The notes beneath the pieces are model-generated. The model was given only the letters and a program-made list of their open reading frames with translations. It ran no database searches and was not told the origin of the DNA. The position numbers were made by a program, and so were the translations under genes. Positions 1-12,813 of a DNA stretch of 64,000 nt are shown in pieces (the first letter of the stretch is position 1; each line of letters begins with the position of its first letter). Source of the DNA: Callorhinchus milii. Lineage: Eukaryota. The stretch spans positions 41,790,001 to 41,854,000 of the forward strand of contig NW_024704743.1 of the NCBI RefSeq assembly GCF_018977255.1, read 5' to 3'.

Positions 1-150
1 CCATCTTTTTCACGCAGTTTTCCTAACCTGAAAGCAGTGACCATTTGTAGTAAATCTACTGCTGTTCTAGTTAGGATCAGCTTACTCAGCATAAGCTGTC
101 ATTCAAACCTAAAACAATATGGTTTGTGTGTTTTAGTGTTCATCATTTAC

Positions 151-221
151 TCGAGGAGTCTCCTCTTGCGCCAGTTTTTGGCCTGAGTACAATGCCAAGG
201 AGCATTCACCTCATACCAAAT
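151..221 (-). CDS. Candidate coding exon of unidentified minus-strand gene (IWYEVNAPWHCTQAKNWRKRRLL)
   Basis: Minus strand: acceptor ttatttcactgcttttag, donor GA|gtaaat (alternative donor GAG|gtgaat after 12 nt). Only frame 0 is open, matching the phase of exon 14739-14855. Confidence 0.45.
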
Positions 222-309
222 CTAAAAGCAGTGAAATAACGTCTGGAATATAACCTTTTCCTCTTTGTACCTGAATGATAGCATGCGACTGAGACAGATA
301 TTCTAAACA

Positions 310-500
310 TGAAAATTGTAGAAAATCAGTACATCAGGTCTATCAGTACTTAAAAGAGAAAGATAGGTTAATGTTTGGGCATGATCCTTCATCGAACTGA
401 AACTGACCCAATACCTTAACCCTATTTTCTTTTAGAGGCTTGGACCTGCTGTAAATATCCAGCATTTTGGAGGGATTCCTTTCATATTTTTAGCACTAGT
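310..500. mobile_element. Degraded fold-back Penelope-derived (inverted pLTR-like) element
   Basis: Left arm (caggtc...agagaaagataggttaatgtttgggcatgatccttcatc) is roughly the reverse complement of the right arm (ttaaccctattttct...gacctgctgtaaatatccagcattt). Resembles the Penelope end at 40650-40755. Confidence 0.6.
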
Positions 501-767
501 TTTTTTTTCTTTTTATTACTGCCATATATCTCGTAAATGTAAATTACATTTCTCTGAATTGCTCTTGTTAGCGATGACTCCCATTTGCATAGTTTTTGCA
601 GATTTGCCAAAATACAATTTTTCACAAGTTCACAAACCTTTTCCCACAAATGTTAGTTGCAGATTACTGTGGTTTCTTCAAGTGCAATTTATAAACTGTG
701 AAACTGCAAAAATGGTCCATAGGCAAAATGATGGAATTGAATTCTGCTTTGAAACATAATAAAAATA

Positions 768-880
768 GTAATATTAATCTTTGCATTTGATATAGCACCT
801 TATTATGTCATTGAGATGTCTCAAATCACTTCACAGAATATATTGTAAAATGGATTGACTGTGTATTTTGTAGGTGAATC
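768..880 (-). mobile_element. SINE 3' tail fragment
   Basis: ttgcatttgatatagcaccttattatgtc...gtctcaaatcacttcacagaatat is the reverse complement of the SINE tail seen throughout the window. Confidence 0.75.
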
Positions 881-1310
881 GGATAAATGGAGTTAGTTGT
901 GTCCGGGTAAATTAGTAATATTAGGTTAATCACCAAACACTGCTGATCTGTAAATTACTTCTGTGAGGAGAAAACAACAGGAGAATCTAATTGTTATTTA
1001 CCAGCAAACAGTATAATGCATTACACTGCTATTATTTTTCAATATCTTTCAAATTGGCTCTTCATACCCTTAATGGCCACATCAAAGTAAACTGAGCAGC
1101 ACTATCATTGAGAATGTGCTGAATCCCAGGGTAACTTTCCAAGATCATATCGACTCCCAAGGTTCAAAGCACATGTAGCTCAGGACATCTGTCACAAGCT
1201 CTAAGAGGATCTTAAGTTCAGCATTGCCAGCAAAGTCATATTCTGCCAATACATAGAAAGATACCACTTCAGATGCTTGTTCAAAGACTAACAGACCCTT
1301 GGGATGTCCC

Positions 1311-1375
1311 AGCAACTTGGGACGTCCTCCCAATGTGAAAGGCCCTATACAAATGTAATTTTGTATTGTATTGTA
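1311..1375 (+). mobile_element. L2 LINE 3' tail fragment
   Basis: ttgggacgtcctcccaatgtgaaaggccctatacaaatgtaattttgtattg matches the L2 ends at 39580 and 49625. Confidence 0.7.
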
Positions 1376-1816
1376 ACAGGGGACTTGTTTGGCATCATCC
1401 AGACATTCACTGCTTCTTGGTTTCCCTTTGTTCTTATAAGGTAATGATATCTTAATATCTTGATTTCCTAAGTAAGAGCAGCAGTGGCTCAAGGATGCCT
1501 TGCCTACATGCTCACCTGCATGGCATGGCAACCTTTGCTTTGAAAGATGGCCTAATGATATGAAATTACACTTATAACCTCACTTTGTGCATGATGGTGC
1601 AGGGACTCTCAGCTCCTTAGATCTTCTCAAGCAGATGGTCTTCTTTCAAATCACCTGTGTTCTTTGGCATATTACTTTTTTCTTCCACTACCGTTAATAT
1701 TGCTTATTAAAATCCTTACTACATTACCACAAGGTTAACATTTTAGCTAATCACTAAAAAATTCCATACTATTCTCTCTGGGAACGTCTCAGATGGCTAC
1801 ACAGTAAGGTCATCTT

Positions 1817-2184
1817 AATAATAATAATAATAATCCTTACATTTGATGCAGCACGTGATCACGTCTTCGAGACGTCTCAAAGTGCTTCATAGAGTATAAT
1901 GTAAAGTAAATTGACTGTATTATTTGTGAGCGAAATGCGACAGCTAATTAGGCACAACAGTGTCCCATAAAACAGTCGTGGATTGAGTGACCAAATTATT
2001 ATTTATTTAATTTATTTATTTTGAAGGGATTATTACCCCCGGAAAAGCGATCCGACCATCGACTGACAACTGGGTTTCTACATACTGCTAACAATCCCAA
2101 GACCTACCTGGAGACCAATTCTCCAACGGTCAGAACCCAAAGAAGTGTGTGGAGTAAGGAACGTTTTGCACTGCCTGGGAATCG
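1817..2184 (-). mobile_element. tRNA-Ala-derived SINE (long form), 5'-truncated, with internal insert
   Basis: Reverse complement of the family body and tail; (ATT)n end at 1817; about 50 bp of non-family sequence at about 2091-2142. Confidence 0.85.
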
Positions 2185-2687
2185 ATTAACGTACAGGACA
2201 TTTGACGGATGGTCCCACAGAAATGAAGGTGTCTTCCAGCTCTCAACTACAAGATTTGCAATTTGTCGTTTTTGCATGACCAATACCAGCAGCGACATTG
2301 CAAAGTTCAGACAGGGAAATTCTCCATATGGGACATCCACATTGCTTGAAGTGTTTATCAAGACACCATTCATATATTATTACCACAACGTTAAGAATTT
2401 CATTTTAGAATGGCTGTGGATCTGCTGATTTTTCAAGAATGTGAAATATTTAAGTATAAACTATTGTTTGAAAATGCATCCTTATTTCCTGAAACTCAAA
2501 TGTTGAATAACAATCTTTTTTGAACTGTGGTTCATTGTATTCCTCTTTGAGTGAATTTGTCCACTTCGTGATATATAATGGGCAATTGACTCCTCCTAGT
2601 CTTTTACTCCTGAAAGTGTTATTTCCAAGATTTTTGTTTCATATGGAAAATAATCATTGTCACCATCCTATTTTCTCCATTTACTTC

Positions 2688-2950
2688 ATTTTACAGCGAA
2701 GTGTGACTCAGGTTAGGGAGAGGAAAATCAGTCACTGTCTTCACTGACAATCCACACAATAATTTTTCCAGGAAAATCTGTGAGATAGTGTTTGAGAGTG
2801 GAAATGCTGACTGATTTTCCCCTCCCTAACCTTAGTCCCTGCGGTCAATTGTAGAACTCCATTCCAGTGCCCCATCTGTGATGGGTTAATTCAGAATAGA
2901 ACAGAGGTCAATCTGAAACCTTCCAATCCTCTTTGGCTCAATTTACACTA
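2688..2950 (-). repeat. Old SINE-like repeat with a long inverted repeat (arms about 2710-2734 and 2808-2832)
   Basis: aggttagggagaggaaaatcagtca ... tgactgattttcccctccctaacct; related degraded sequence at about 15-150, 42800-42940 and 46550-46765. Confidence 0.55.
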
Positions 2951-2954
2951 TGCA

Positions 2955-3192
2955 AATGTGGAGAAATGCAAAGTGATGTATTTTGGGAGGAAGAATGAGG
3001 AGAGGCAATATAAGCTAGATGGTAGAATCTTAAAGGGCGTGAAGGAACAGAGAGACCTGGGGGTTCATATAAGTAAATCTTTCAAGGTGACAGGAGAGGT
3101 AGATAAAGCTGATAAACAAGCATATGGGACACTAGGCTTTATAAATAGGAGCATAGAATACAAAAGCCAGGAAGTCATGATGAACCTTTATA
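2955..3192 (+). mobile_element. CR1 LINE ORF2 fragment (RT C-terminal/thumb region)
   Basis: EKCKVMYFGRKN...QRDLGVHI...AYGTLGFINRSIEYKSQEVMMNLY, homologous to the RT ORF at 28306-29274. Confidence 0.9.
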
Positions 3193-4571
3193 ATGTGACC
3201 AGGAACAATGCCACTGCAGTCACCAGAGAGGTCTTCCAACTGATCTGGGGATTCAAGATGGATTGTGTCCACAGAGACACAATGCACAAAACCCCGGAAA
3301 AGGAGGGAAAGGAGTCCCTAATGTAGCCCTGATCTTCATGGCCACCTTTGCGTGCAGCTGCCTGAGGCTGTGCCTGGAGCCCTGCTACGCCAGCAACAAA
3401 TGCCGCTACATGCTGGGTTTCTACCTGTACCCGTTGCTAAGAATGGTGGGTCTGGCAGAACTGCCTCAAAATGTTCCACACAGTTGGAGCCGATCCACCT
3501 ATCCTATGTTGAGAAATTCCTCAAGAACACCATCCCAGACCCCCGCGCAATCACAGAGTGGTCCGCGCAGCAGGTAGTCAAAATAGTTTGAAAAGAGGAG
3601 AGGGCAGACCAGATCGGGAGATAGCCTTCGGCGACAGCCAGCTATGTCTGGTGAAACACCTCGTCACCGACCCCGACCAACAACCATCAGGACATGGCTT
3701 GGCTGGGGATAAAAGGGACCTTCCCACTCAGGGCCTTCATGCACGGTCAAGGTCTGGACCAGGCAGCACGTTGCCCGCAGGCCGGCCGCAGAGGCCAGGA
3801 GACAGGGACCACCTCTTCCTGGAATGTTGTTTGGCAAAGACAGTTTGGAAACAGATGGAATGAATTCTCTTGCGGTTCGTCCCTGGAACCCGCTGTCACG
3901 GTACTTGGTGCTGTACAGCCTGTTCCTGGGCGCTCACAGCGAAACCCACATCGAGTGTGCCTGGAGGATCAAAAACTCAGTAAAGGAGGCCCTTTGGTAT
4001 TCTCAAAACCAGGTGTTCTTCTGGCAGACCAAGGGGATGTGAGGACTTGCCTCAGGCTCACACACACTAGGGCTTGGGACTAGATACTTAGAGACAAGCT
4101 GCAGTTCAGCTCAACCACGGCAAAGGCCAGATGGAGCCTGACCCCAGCAGGATCTGCCCCGGCACAACCTGCTCAGGGAGCATCCACCGGGTAGCCCACG
4201 AGGCACACAAAACTGACTGAAGTAAGGGTACAGAAGGACGCACGAGATGTAACCAAAGAGCATCCCAAAATGTACGTACGGTAAAGATGTGCACGTACGG
4301 TACACACCGGGTGCCTTCCCAAAGCGACAAGTGTGGCTTATCAGGGTGTGTGCGGGCACGCACATGGATGTGGTGAACATGGTGGCGACTCCCGACTGTG
4401 TTAAAGGGAACGTCCCAAAAAACGTGTGCACAACCTATGTGCGGGGAAGGGATGCACCGTAAACAACGGAATGTGTTTTATGTCGGGAGAAAAGGAAAAG
4501 AATTGTAACAGAAGATGTTGTATTTTGCTTTGGATTTCTGTTGTACTAATAAATATATATTTTCAAAAAAA
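3193..4571 (+). mobile_element. Tx1/L1-clade LINE, 5'-truncated and frameshifted, with 3' UTR and short poly(A)
   Basis: VFQLIWGFKMD, KGGKGVPNVAL, CP..G...ET..HLFLEC zinc-knuckle remnant, CAWRIKNSVKEALW; ends aataaatatatattttcaaaaaaa. Confidence 0.85.
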
Positions 4572-5648
4572 GAGGATGTCAATATGTAAGGATGCGTACT
4601 ATTATTATTAGGATGATTATTAGTATCCATTGTCTGTAAAGGTCCGAGTGGCTGATTTTTGTGAAAACAAAACTTTACCCATCAGATTAATATTTTGTAA
4701 CTGGCATGATTCATTACAAACATTACAAAGTAATGTCTGCTATTATATTCAAAGCAAATTCCTCTTTACAATTTTCCAAAGGTAATTGAATCATCAGGTA
4801 TGTGAAGCATCAGGTGCATTCATTTTAATAGCCTAAGGTTTGGGTGGAGATTAGCATGTTACCCAACATGAGTGTTTGCTTTTTGTTCATCTCTTCATCT
4901 GGCACCCAGACAAGAACATGGTGCGGAGAAGGATTGCTTGTTTGAGCTAATGAATTGCCTTATGATAAAACAGAGACAGCCATACGATAGACATTATTAA
5001 TGTAGCATTGCTTTGTTAACATGAATGAACTATAAAAACTTGAAATTTCCTATCATTCTGTCTCGAGGAATATAATTTTATTTCATACTCCTACGTCATC
5101 ACTTAAAAATGAGAACTGAATGCTGATCCCAGGTAAACTTGAGGAACAGCATTGTAAACGTCTGTAGACTAATCAGTAAATATTACATGAATTGCTCTAA
5201 ATTGCAGTTTTATAAGGGTTTTATGACAACAATGACCCATGGGGAGAGCTCAGAAGATGTGTTGTCCTGAAGATGTGGACTAAGAGTTTAATGCCATATT
5301 CAGTATTCTCATTACGTGATAGCAGAAAATAGAATTTTTTTGTTGAAGGTAGCCTGATTTAAGACAATACATTAATGAGTATGAAGTTGGAAAACTCGCT
5401 TGCTGCATTGTGAAGAACTGGAAACTGAGATCTCCACTGTGACTTCTCTACATAATGAGATTCTATTCACATCCTATGGGAGAGGTACAGCGCTATTTTT
5501 AACAATCAGCATCAGACAGATCCCAGTGTTATTCCAAACCATCATTTACAAAGTTACTCCACTTGAACTCAAAATTCTTTAGTTTGCGCACAGAAAGGAA
5601 AAGCTACTCTACCTACACTATCTAAACTAACTGACACTTAACTGTTAC

Positions 5649-5697
5649 ATCATGTCACTGAAAACATTCAGCACTGTTGAAGGTCGAAAGGTGAATC
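5649..5697 (-). other. Possible exon or pseudo-exon (FTFRPSTVLNVFSDM)
   Basis: Acceptor catttcttctttag, donor GAT|gtaaca. Open only in phase 1, so not compatible with the main chain. Confidence 0.2.
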
Positions 5698-7474
5698 CTA
5701 AAGAAGAAATGTTGCAGAAACATATTACTGTTTTTTGTCAGTGAGCTTGATCTATGGGATAGCATTAGCACAACTCCTGTGTAGTCAGGTCCAATTCTTG
5801 ATATGTTGAATTAAGATAGCTATCTTCAAACGGTGAAGTCAAACTCATGGCCACGTACTAATTTTAGAAGTTTCAAGATAGCTATAGAGGTAGGAATACA
5901 TGAAGGGGGATGCGTGTGTGTGTGGGCGGGGGGGTGGAGGGGAGAAAATCAACTGCATGTAGTACTGTATTGACATAATGTGAGTTTGTTCAGTTTCCAT
6001 TGCCTATCTCTGATCTGGAGCATTACAGTGTTACATTCTTTCACTGTATAATAGGAATCACATTATCCATCCAATTGATGCAAGAGACATGCTTATGAGA
6101 CTCCAGCAACTTTCTTTCTATAAAAATGGGCTGTCACCTTATAGACATCCAATGAGTAAGATAAGGGCAATCCTGAGGATATCATCCAGTGGTATTGGAA
6201 CTAACACAACACGCCACCCTGAAAGGGATCATATAGAGGGTAATCCTGCCTAACGTCCTAAACATTTGTATAGAAATTCTTCACATAAACATAATGTAAA
6301 TAGTTGGATTAAGATGTTTGTTAAAAGAGCAAAAAATCCTTTGCAAAGGCATAGCAAAAACATTGCTATTTTAACAAGGATAAGACCCCAGTGTTACTGC
6401 AGTCCATCTTTGACACGAGGAAAGGCAAGTAATTTAAAAGTAAAGGTAAGTAATTTATCTTATATACATTGCTTATATTTTCAAATCTCAAGTCATGTTG
6501 ATTTATTTCTGAAGACAAGTTTATTGTTGGTATGATTATTTTTGCTTAAAGTCTATTTTAATTGTAGCTTTATTCAAATGCAACTGTTATAACACTTCAA
6601 AATTCAATATTGCTTGCCAAAGTTGCTTTACGAAGATCTGCAGGGTAAAATATACATCAAAATATATCATAAAGACCTCATTAAAATTTACAATTGTCTA
6701 ATTTGGGAGATTTCTGCTCTCAAAACAGGAAATCTATGAGAAATTGGATACTCTGTAATGGTCTGGAGCAGACAGTTTATATTATAGGTGTTTCGGGCTG
6801 TGTATGCATAAAGGTGTCATCACAAGAGAACGTGTAAGATGGTTTTGCCATGTTGCCACTTTCTAAGAATATCACAATCTACAATTTTTGATAGGCAATG
6901 TGAACTATTAATGAGCAACCAATGAACCATGCTGCAAAAAGCAGGACCATATATCAATATGCTAGACAGGAGCTCCAAGAATGTATTAAAAAATGACAGA
7001 TATTTTAGCCAGTGAATAAAGAGTGAAAAACGCTTACTTTAAAGAATTATTTGCTGTTTCCCGACTTGACTTCAAAGGAGAAGCTCTGCCATTTTCCTTA
7101 CATTGTGCGATTTGGTGAGAGCAAAGCATAAAACCTCAACTCAACTTGTAATTCAAACATCTCACTGTAATTCAATGGGATTGACTGGCACTAACCAAAT
7201 GATAGATGAATTGTAGATGACATGAGGCAATGCATATCCATGCTAACAACAGCAAACCTGAAAGCTCAAACTAAAGATCAGTTTGTTGAAAGACCATCAC
7301 GTTTGCTTGACAAGGCCATCTCACTGCTAATGCAAATGAAATGCTAGTATCTGTAAGTAGATCAATGTGACTGGTCCAGAGAAGTGATCTTGACACTCCA
7401 TAAAGCATGAGAGAGAACCTACATGTAGAGTTATAACTTATACTGGTCATTGCACTTTAAAAAACAGAGGAATA

Positions 7475-7630
7475 AATAATAATAATCCATGCATTTGACA
7501 TAGAACCTTATCATGCCGTTGAGAACGTAAAGTGTAGTGCCTGTATATTTTGTAGGCAAAACGCAGCAGCCAATTGTGTACAGCAGTGTCCCACAAACAG
7601 TCATGGATTAAATGATCACATTATTATTTG
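7475..7630 (-). mobile_element. SINE 3' half
   Basis: aataataatccatgcatttgacatag...gcagccaattgtgtacagcagtgtcccacaaacagtc. Confidence 0.75.
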
Positions 7631-7949
7631 TGGATAGAGTTCAAAGAAGTGGAATGAAAGCTGATTCCATCTCTTTGATTATTGTGACCTGAAGACAGGC
7701 TAAAAAAGCTTGATCAGCTTTTATTGTGAAATTAACATGGCAACATACTCCCTTTCTTAAGAAATTGGAAAGCATTCAATCGGATACATATAGCAGAGAG
7801 CTTTCATTGAATCAAGGGCATGATACCCTGGTGAGTAAGCCAAGACCCAATGTGATTTAAGGAATTCCTTTTCTATTCACCTACAGTTGTTAAATCATCA
7901 ACACAACTATTGTGCCTACTCTCCACCCCCCACCCCATTAGAATCATCT

Positions 7950-8080
7950 GAAACATAAAATTACATTGAGTGATACGGCATGGAAACAGGCCATTCAACC
8001 ATTCAGCTCAACTAGTACGAGCCCTTCTTTATACTCCACACATAACCCCATCCCTCCTATTCCCTCTCCTGTTATTATCA
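7950..8080 (-). mobile_element. CR1-type 3' tail fragment
   Basis: ggaaacaggccattcaacc is the reverse complement of the gggccgaatggcctgtttc tail at about 48310. Confidence 0.55.
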
Positions 8081-8914
8081 ATTTAAAAAACTCACAGATT
8101 CCACACGCAACAGGCACCAGAGGAATATTCTCCAGATCTCCCTGACTAGTCCTTCAGGATTGTTCCAGCTACAAACTGCCCTTCTCAATGGATACCCTAG
8201 TTTATCCAGTGGGAGCTCCAGGGTATGAATCTAATCAGAATATTTGAAAAAAAAGTGGCAAGGTTTAGTGACAGCAAAAAGAAAGAATAAAATGAGTGAT
8301 TCAGTTCACTTTGGATTTCACTGGTAAATTCATATGGTTCTGTCAAACATTCCTCGGTTTGCCTGCGCCCCAGGTCAAACAATGATTTATTTCGGGACTT
8401 AAGGGTTACCTTGTGAAATTAAATGCCTTGACTGCAAATACATCATGAAACCAATAACAAACTGGGGCAAAAGTATAATAAGTTACAGAGCAAGTAATAG
8501 CAATGCCAAGGAGATAAACTGAAGAAAATAAAGCACAGCTCAAAAACATTTCACTGCGTATATTGCAGCACTTATGTTACATACATAGTAGTGAGTCAGT
8601 TGGTTATACTGCCATATACTCAAGACATTTAGTAATCAGATTAACTAGCTACTCAATTGGAAATGCACCATGTAGTTTCCTGAGCCACACGTACTGGGAC
8701 AGTACCAGATGAGTATCTGATGACTTATTTCATTTGAACTGGACTAGTAATGGGCTCCTACATTGGTCACAGTGGCATAGATCCTACAAAGAAGAAAAAG
8801 CCATTGTTTGCAGTCTTGATTGCTAACCAGTGACTACTAGTGGAAAATGTGCAAGTGTGCATCTCAGCTGAGTATAGAATTAGAGTCTCAGCCTCCAACC
8901 TCACACATAGATGC

Positions 8915-8986
8915 GTAATTTGAAGCTCTCTGAGTCGCCGTTCGGAGTGGAGGGCGCTATATAAATCCAAGTTGTTGTTGTTGTTA
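8915..8986 (+). mobile_element. L2 3' tail
   Basis: gctctctgagtcgccgttcggagtggagggcgctatataaatccaag(ttg)n. Confidence 0.65.
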
Positions 8987-10759
8987 TAATCTGCTGACTG
9001 ATATTCACCGTGGGGAGGGATGTAGGAGGATGTTATTTTCCAATGGAAGTTTCTATACTAACAGTAACTCTGACGTTGTGAATGACATTGCGGTATTCGC
9101 TATGAAATTTGATTTTTTAAAAAGTTCCAATCTTGATCATTCATCCACAAAGCACAAAGTCACTGTACTTCATAATATATCCTGTCAAGCGCTTTGGGAC
9201 ATCCTACCAACATGAAGGACACTATACCAAATATAATGATTATTATTATGTGGTGGCATTTTGCTTTCTGTCTTTTTGTCAGAGTTTTGGGGCCTTGGTC
9301 AAAAAATAACTGAAAATCAAGCAGTCATCCATAAGTGCAAAATAAAAGATGCTGCTAGCACCGTATTAGAGAATATCATTTTTCAAACTCCTCCTTTCCC
9401 CACTAAATTTCCCATTTCCCCCAAACCCCTCCCTCCATAAAGTTCCACATAAAGTTGTCAGTTTCCATGGATCTGTACATCAAAATGAGAGTAACTGCTT
9501 CAGGAAAGCAGAGAAAAGAAAACTTGCAAAGAATCCCAACTAACTTTAATATCCTGCTAATTTTGTCCATTTTCTTTCAATCAATTTCAAGACAAACAAA
9601 ATGCAAAGTCAATTTACACATCATTCGAGAAAATAGCCTCCCAGAATTACTGAACCTGGCAGTGTTAACCAAGTGCACTTACATCAGTGGATATAATCAT
9701 TAACCTGAGTGCTTCAGTGATCTTGTCTTTCCATTTGTGTGCATGTTTTTCGAACTCTGTTTTGCAATCAGAGCCAATAATTAATCTGAATTGTTTCTCC
9801 GAAAGGTGCCACCAGCACTCAATTCGCTTATTATTAGCAGAAGAGAATCAAACTAAATTAAATCACCATCATTTGTGATTGATGGATTTTGCAGAGGTCA
9901 TATCGCTGGGTCTTTGTCTTTCAGTATTCACCTTCTGGTAATACCTGCTCTAATAACAACAACAACCTTTATTCATATGGTGCCCTTCACAGGATAGTGT
10001 CTTGGCGCACTGAAAACTGGTGTTGTATGATGCTTAGCTGAGGAGAAAGGGGAGGCAAAGAGGGCAAGGTAGAGGGACTGAAGCAAGGAGTTGCAGATAC
10101 TCCAGAGGTTTCAGAGTGGTTTGATGGACCATTGAGCAGTTGGAAGCATCTACATAGTCAGAATCTGAGAAGAAATATTTATGAATGTTCCCATCTTATC
10201 AGAAACAGACCACCTTATGAGTTTTAAAGTGTTTCACTTTGTCAAATTTGGCCTGAATTTTTCTAATCCCACAGGAGACAGCTGAGTTATTTCAATAGTA
10301 TCTGTTTCCCTGAGCTGCTGAGGACTCTTCTCATCAAGCAGCACTGAGCTTTCAATGTGACCAAGTCAGTCTTTAAACTACTAACCCTTTATCCTTCAAA
10401 ACCATATTCAACTGATCAGACACTAATTTTAGATGATGTGAATCCTAATTTTATAAAGTACGGTGCTATCTTGGGACCCCAAGGAAACGGGTGCATCTAA
10501 AATCATTTTAAAGGATTAAAAGAAAGTTGCAGCAATTATTTCTACTTTATATTTGGTCACCTGGGTATCCAAATCAAATAGAAATTGATCACAATGCTGA
10601 TGGGTTTCCAAACTAAACTGAGAGTTCTATGAGTTTCCTACACAGGGAAATTCCCATGTCTTCAGATCTCAGTGTGTTTTGAGGTACTGCTGGAACTTAA
10701 TGAGCTAAAATCACAAAGCTTGCCATTGAAAGCACTGTTGGTAAGCTTTCTGCTGCTTG

Positions 10760-10945
10760 TCATCCAAATCTTTACCACCTGCAGCCTTCCCCACACCAAA
10801 CTCCACACACCCATCACCCAAATTCTCATCAGTATCCACTGGCTCCCTGGCTCACAGAAGATCAGTTCAAATGTCCTCAGTCTTACCTTCAAACCTATTT
10901 GTACCCTGTTATTTCCTTATCTCTGTGATCTCCTACTACTTTATT
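10760..10945 (+). mobile_element. Degraded L2 ORF2 fragment
   Basis: HTPITQILISIHWLP...NVLSLTFK...YLCDLL, the L2 thumb motif. Confidence 0.75.
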
Positions 10946-12813
10946 GCTTCTAAAACAATTTAATGGGACCTGTAGACTGGCATGTAGATTTGATGTGGAA
11001 AAAGCATTGAATTTAATTTAAGGTGTGGTGTAACTGGGGTCCATGGAATGAATATCTTTCTGCTGTTGTTATTTGCAAAATACACACCCATTCTATATTT
11101 TACAACCGTAACTTGTATTTATAATCAGATTAATAATCATTGTGAGATTACAACTTTCAACAGAGGATGTCACATGAATCAACTGGAGTATGTGAGAGAG
11201 GAAACGATAATAATAAGTGGCTTTTCATGGGTGTTCTGAGGTTCATTTCTTTGCAGACATCAATGCCAGAAAAAAAAGGTCAAGGTCACCAATGGAAGTA
11301 TTTAAGAATAATTAGAAAGAAAGTCTAGCTGGTATGCAGGGAGACAGCAGTGTATTTTATTCTGTTTCCATGCAATTGTTGCTTGTGCTGAGGTTTGAAA
11401 AGCTGAGCCACTGTCCGTGTAGTATAAGTGGTCACCCCCCTCACCTCTTTACCTGTCACAAAAGCTTGTAAAACATGTTTGACAGTTAGTGGTAACTTGT
11501 CAGTATTCAACATTTTCTCATCCGACAGTATGCGGGAACAGAAATACATTTCAAACTACATTAATTTTTATTTGCATTTCAAACCTGAGTTGCTCATTGT
11601 GAAATCTCTGAAGTTGAAGCAAGTGCTCCCAAGCTCTCTGTGTTCTGTATTGTTTGCTTACATTCACAGCAAAAACAGTTTTCTCATCAGCTAATTAAAA
11701 AATGTAAATAATGGGCCAAGCTGGTGGTGCAGAGAAATCCCAGCGTCAGGTCTCAGCAGCTGTCACCATCTGTCTACTTTCAACAGCCTTTTCTGGTGAG
11801 CGCCAAGTCTCCCAATTGTCTCATATACATGGAAAAAAATACAATAACATGAGTTGTGTCTTTGTCAATCATTTAACTGAATAGGAATAGCCAAACTTTG
11901 AGTGCAGTGTTAAGATGCCTCAAAACAGCCCAGTGCCTTAATGCTGAAGGCAACGAGTGGTCCTTTCTCCAACCTCTCCCCGAACACCATATTATTTAAT
12001 GAAAAATGTAATTGCAATGCATCAGTGGGGACTCTAATTCATTCCTGCAGTTGCAAATTACACGTTAATGTGAATTGCTACTGTTTAGGAAACACTGTGA
12101 GTGCCCAAGATGAATAACTGTTGTAGCGTTTCCAGCTAAATATATTCTGTGCTTTCAAAATGATTTGTTGATGTCGTTGTCTTACTTCACGCTGTTATGG
12201 TGCTTGAAAGAAACTAATACCTCTATTTGGCAAAATTTTTCTTGATTGCATTACTTTATTGTATAAGTGTCATTTAGACTGGTAGTTATGATTTTCAGGG
12301 CTCCGTTCAGCAGTGCATTACAGTTGTCAGAGTTAACATGCAAAGGAATTCTCCCCAGTTTGTTTAACACTGGTAGTATTAAAGTGTATCCAGTGACTGA
12401 AATACTTAGCTTAACATCCATGTCTCAAAATTTGTTAAGTTAAAAAGTTCCACCACTCCTGCCTACGTTATCTAGTTGAGGTCTGAAACCAGTATTCGAC
12501 TAGGGGAGGACATGATTATTGCTGCTCTCAGGCTGTTCTCAAACTCCTCTTAGTGTGTTACAATACTCAGAAACGTACAGGAAATCACAGGAGTTAAGTC
12601 AACTCATTCTTGAAACTGTCTTTTGAGGCTTCCCTAGACTCGTTAAATAAATTGAATGAAATGTCTTTAATTTTTCTTTAGGGGAAAATATTGATAGCTG
12701 AGAGGGTAAAATATGATTAGTTGTTGCCCACCATTAGTCAATTCTAGATTGAATTCCGTTGATTAAATTGCACTGTAAGTATATACTCCTGTATGGAGTC
12801 CTATAGTTCATAT

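Noticed and set aside
1145..1531. 128-aa minus-strand ORF
   Set aside because: Crosses an L2 tail insertion; no recognisable domain or good splice sites
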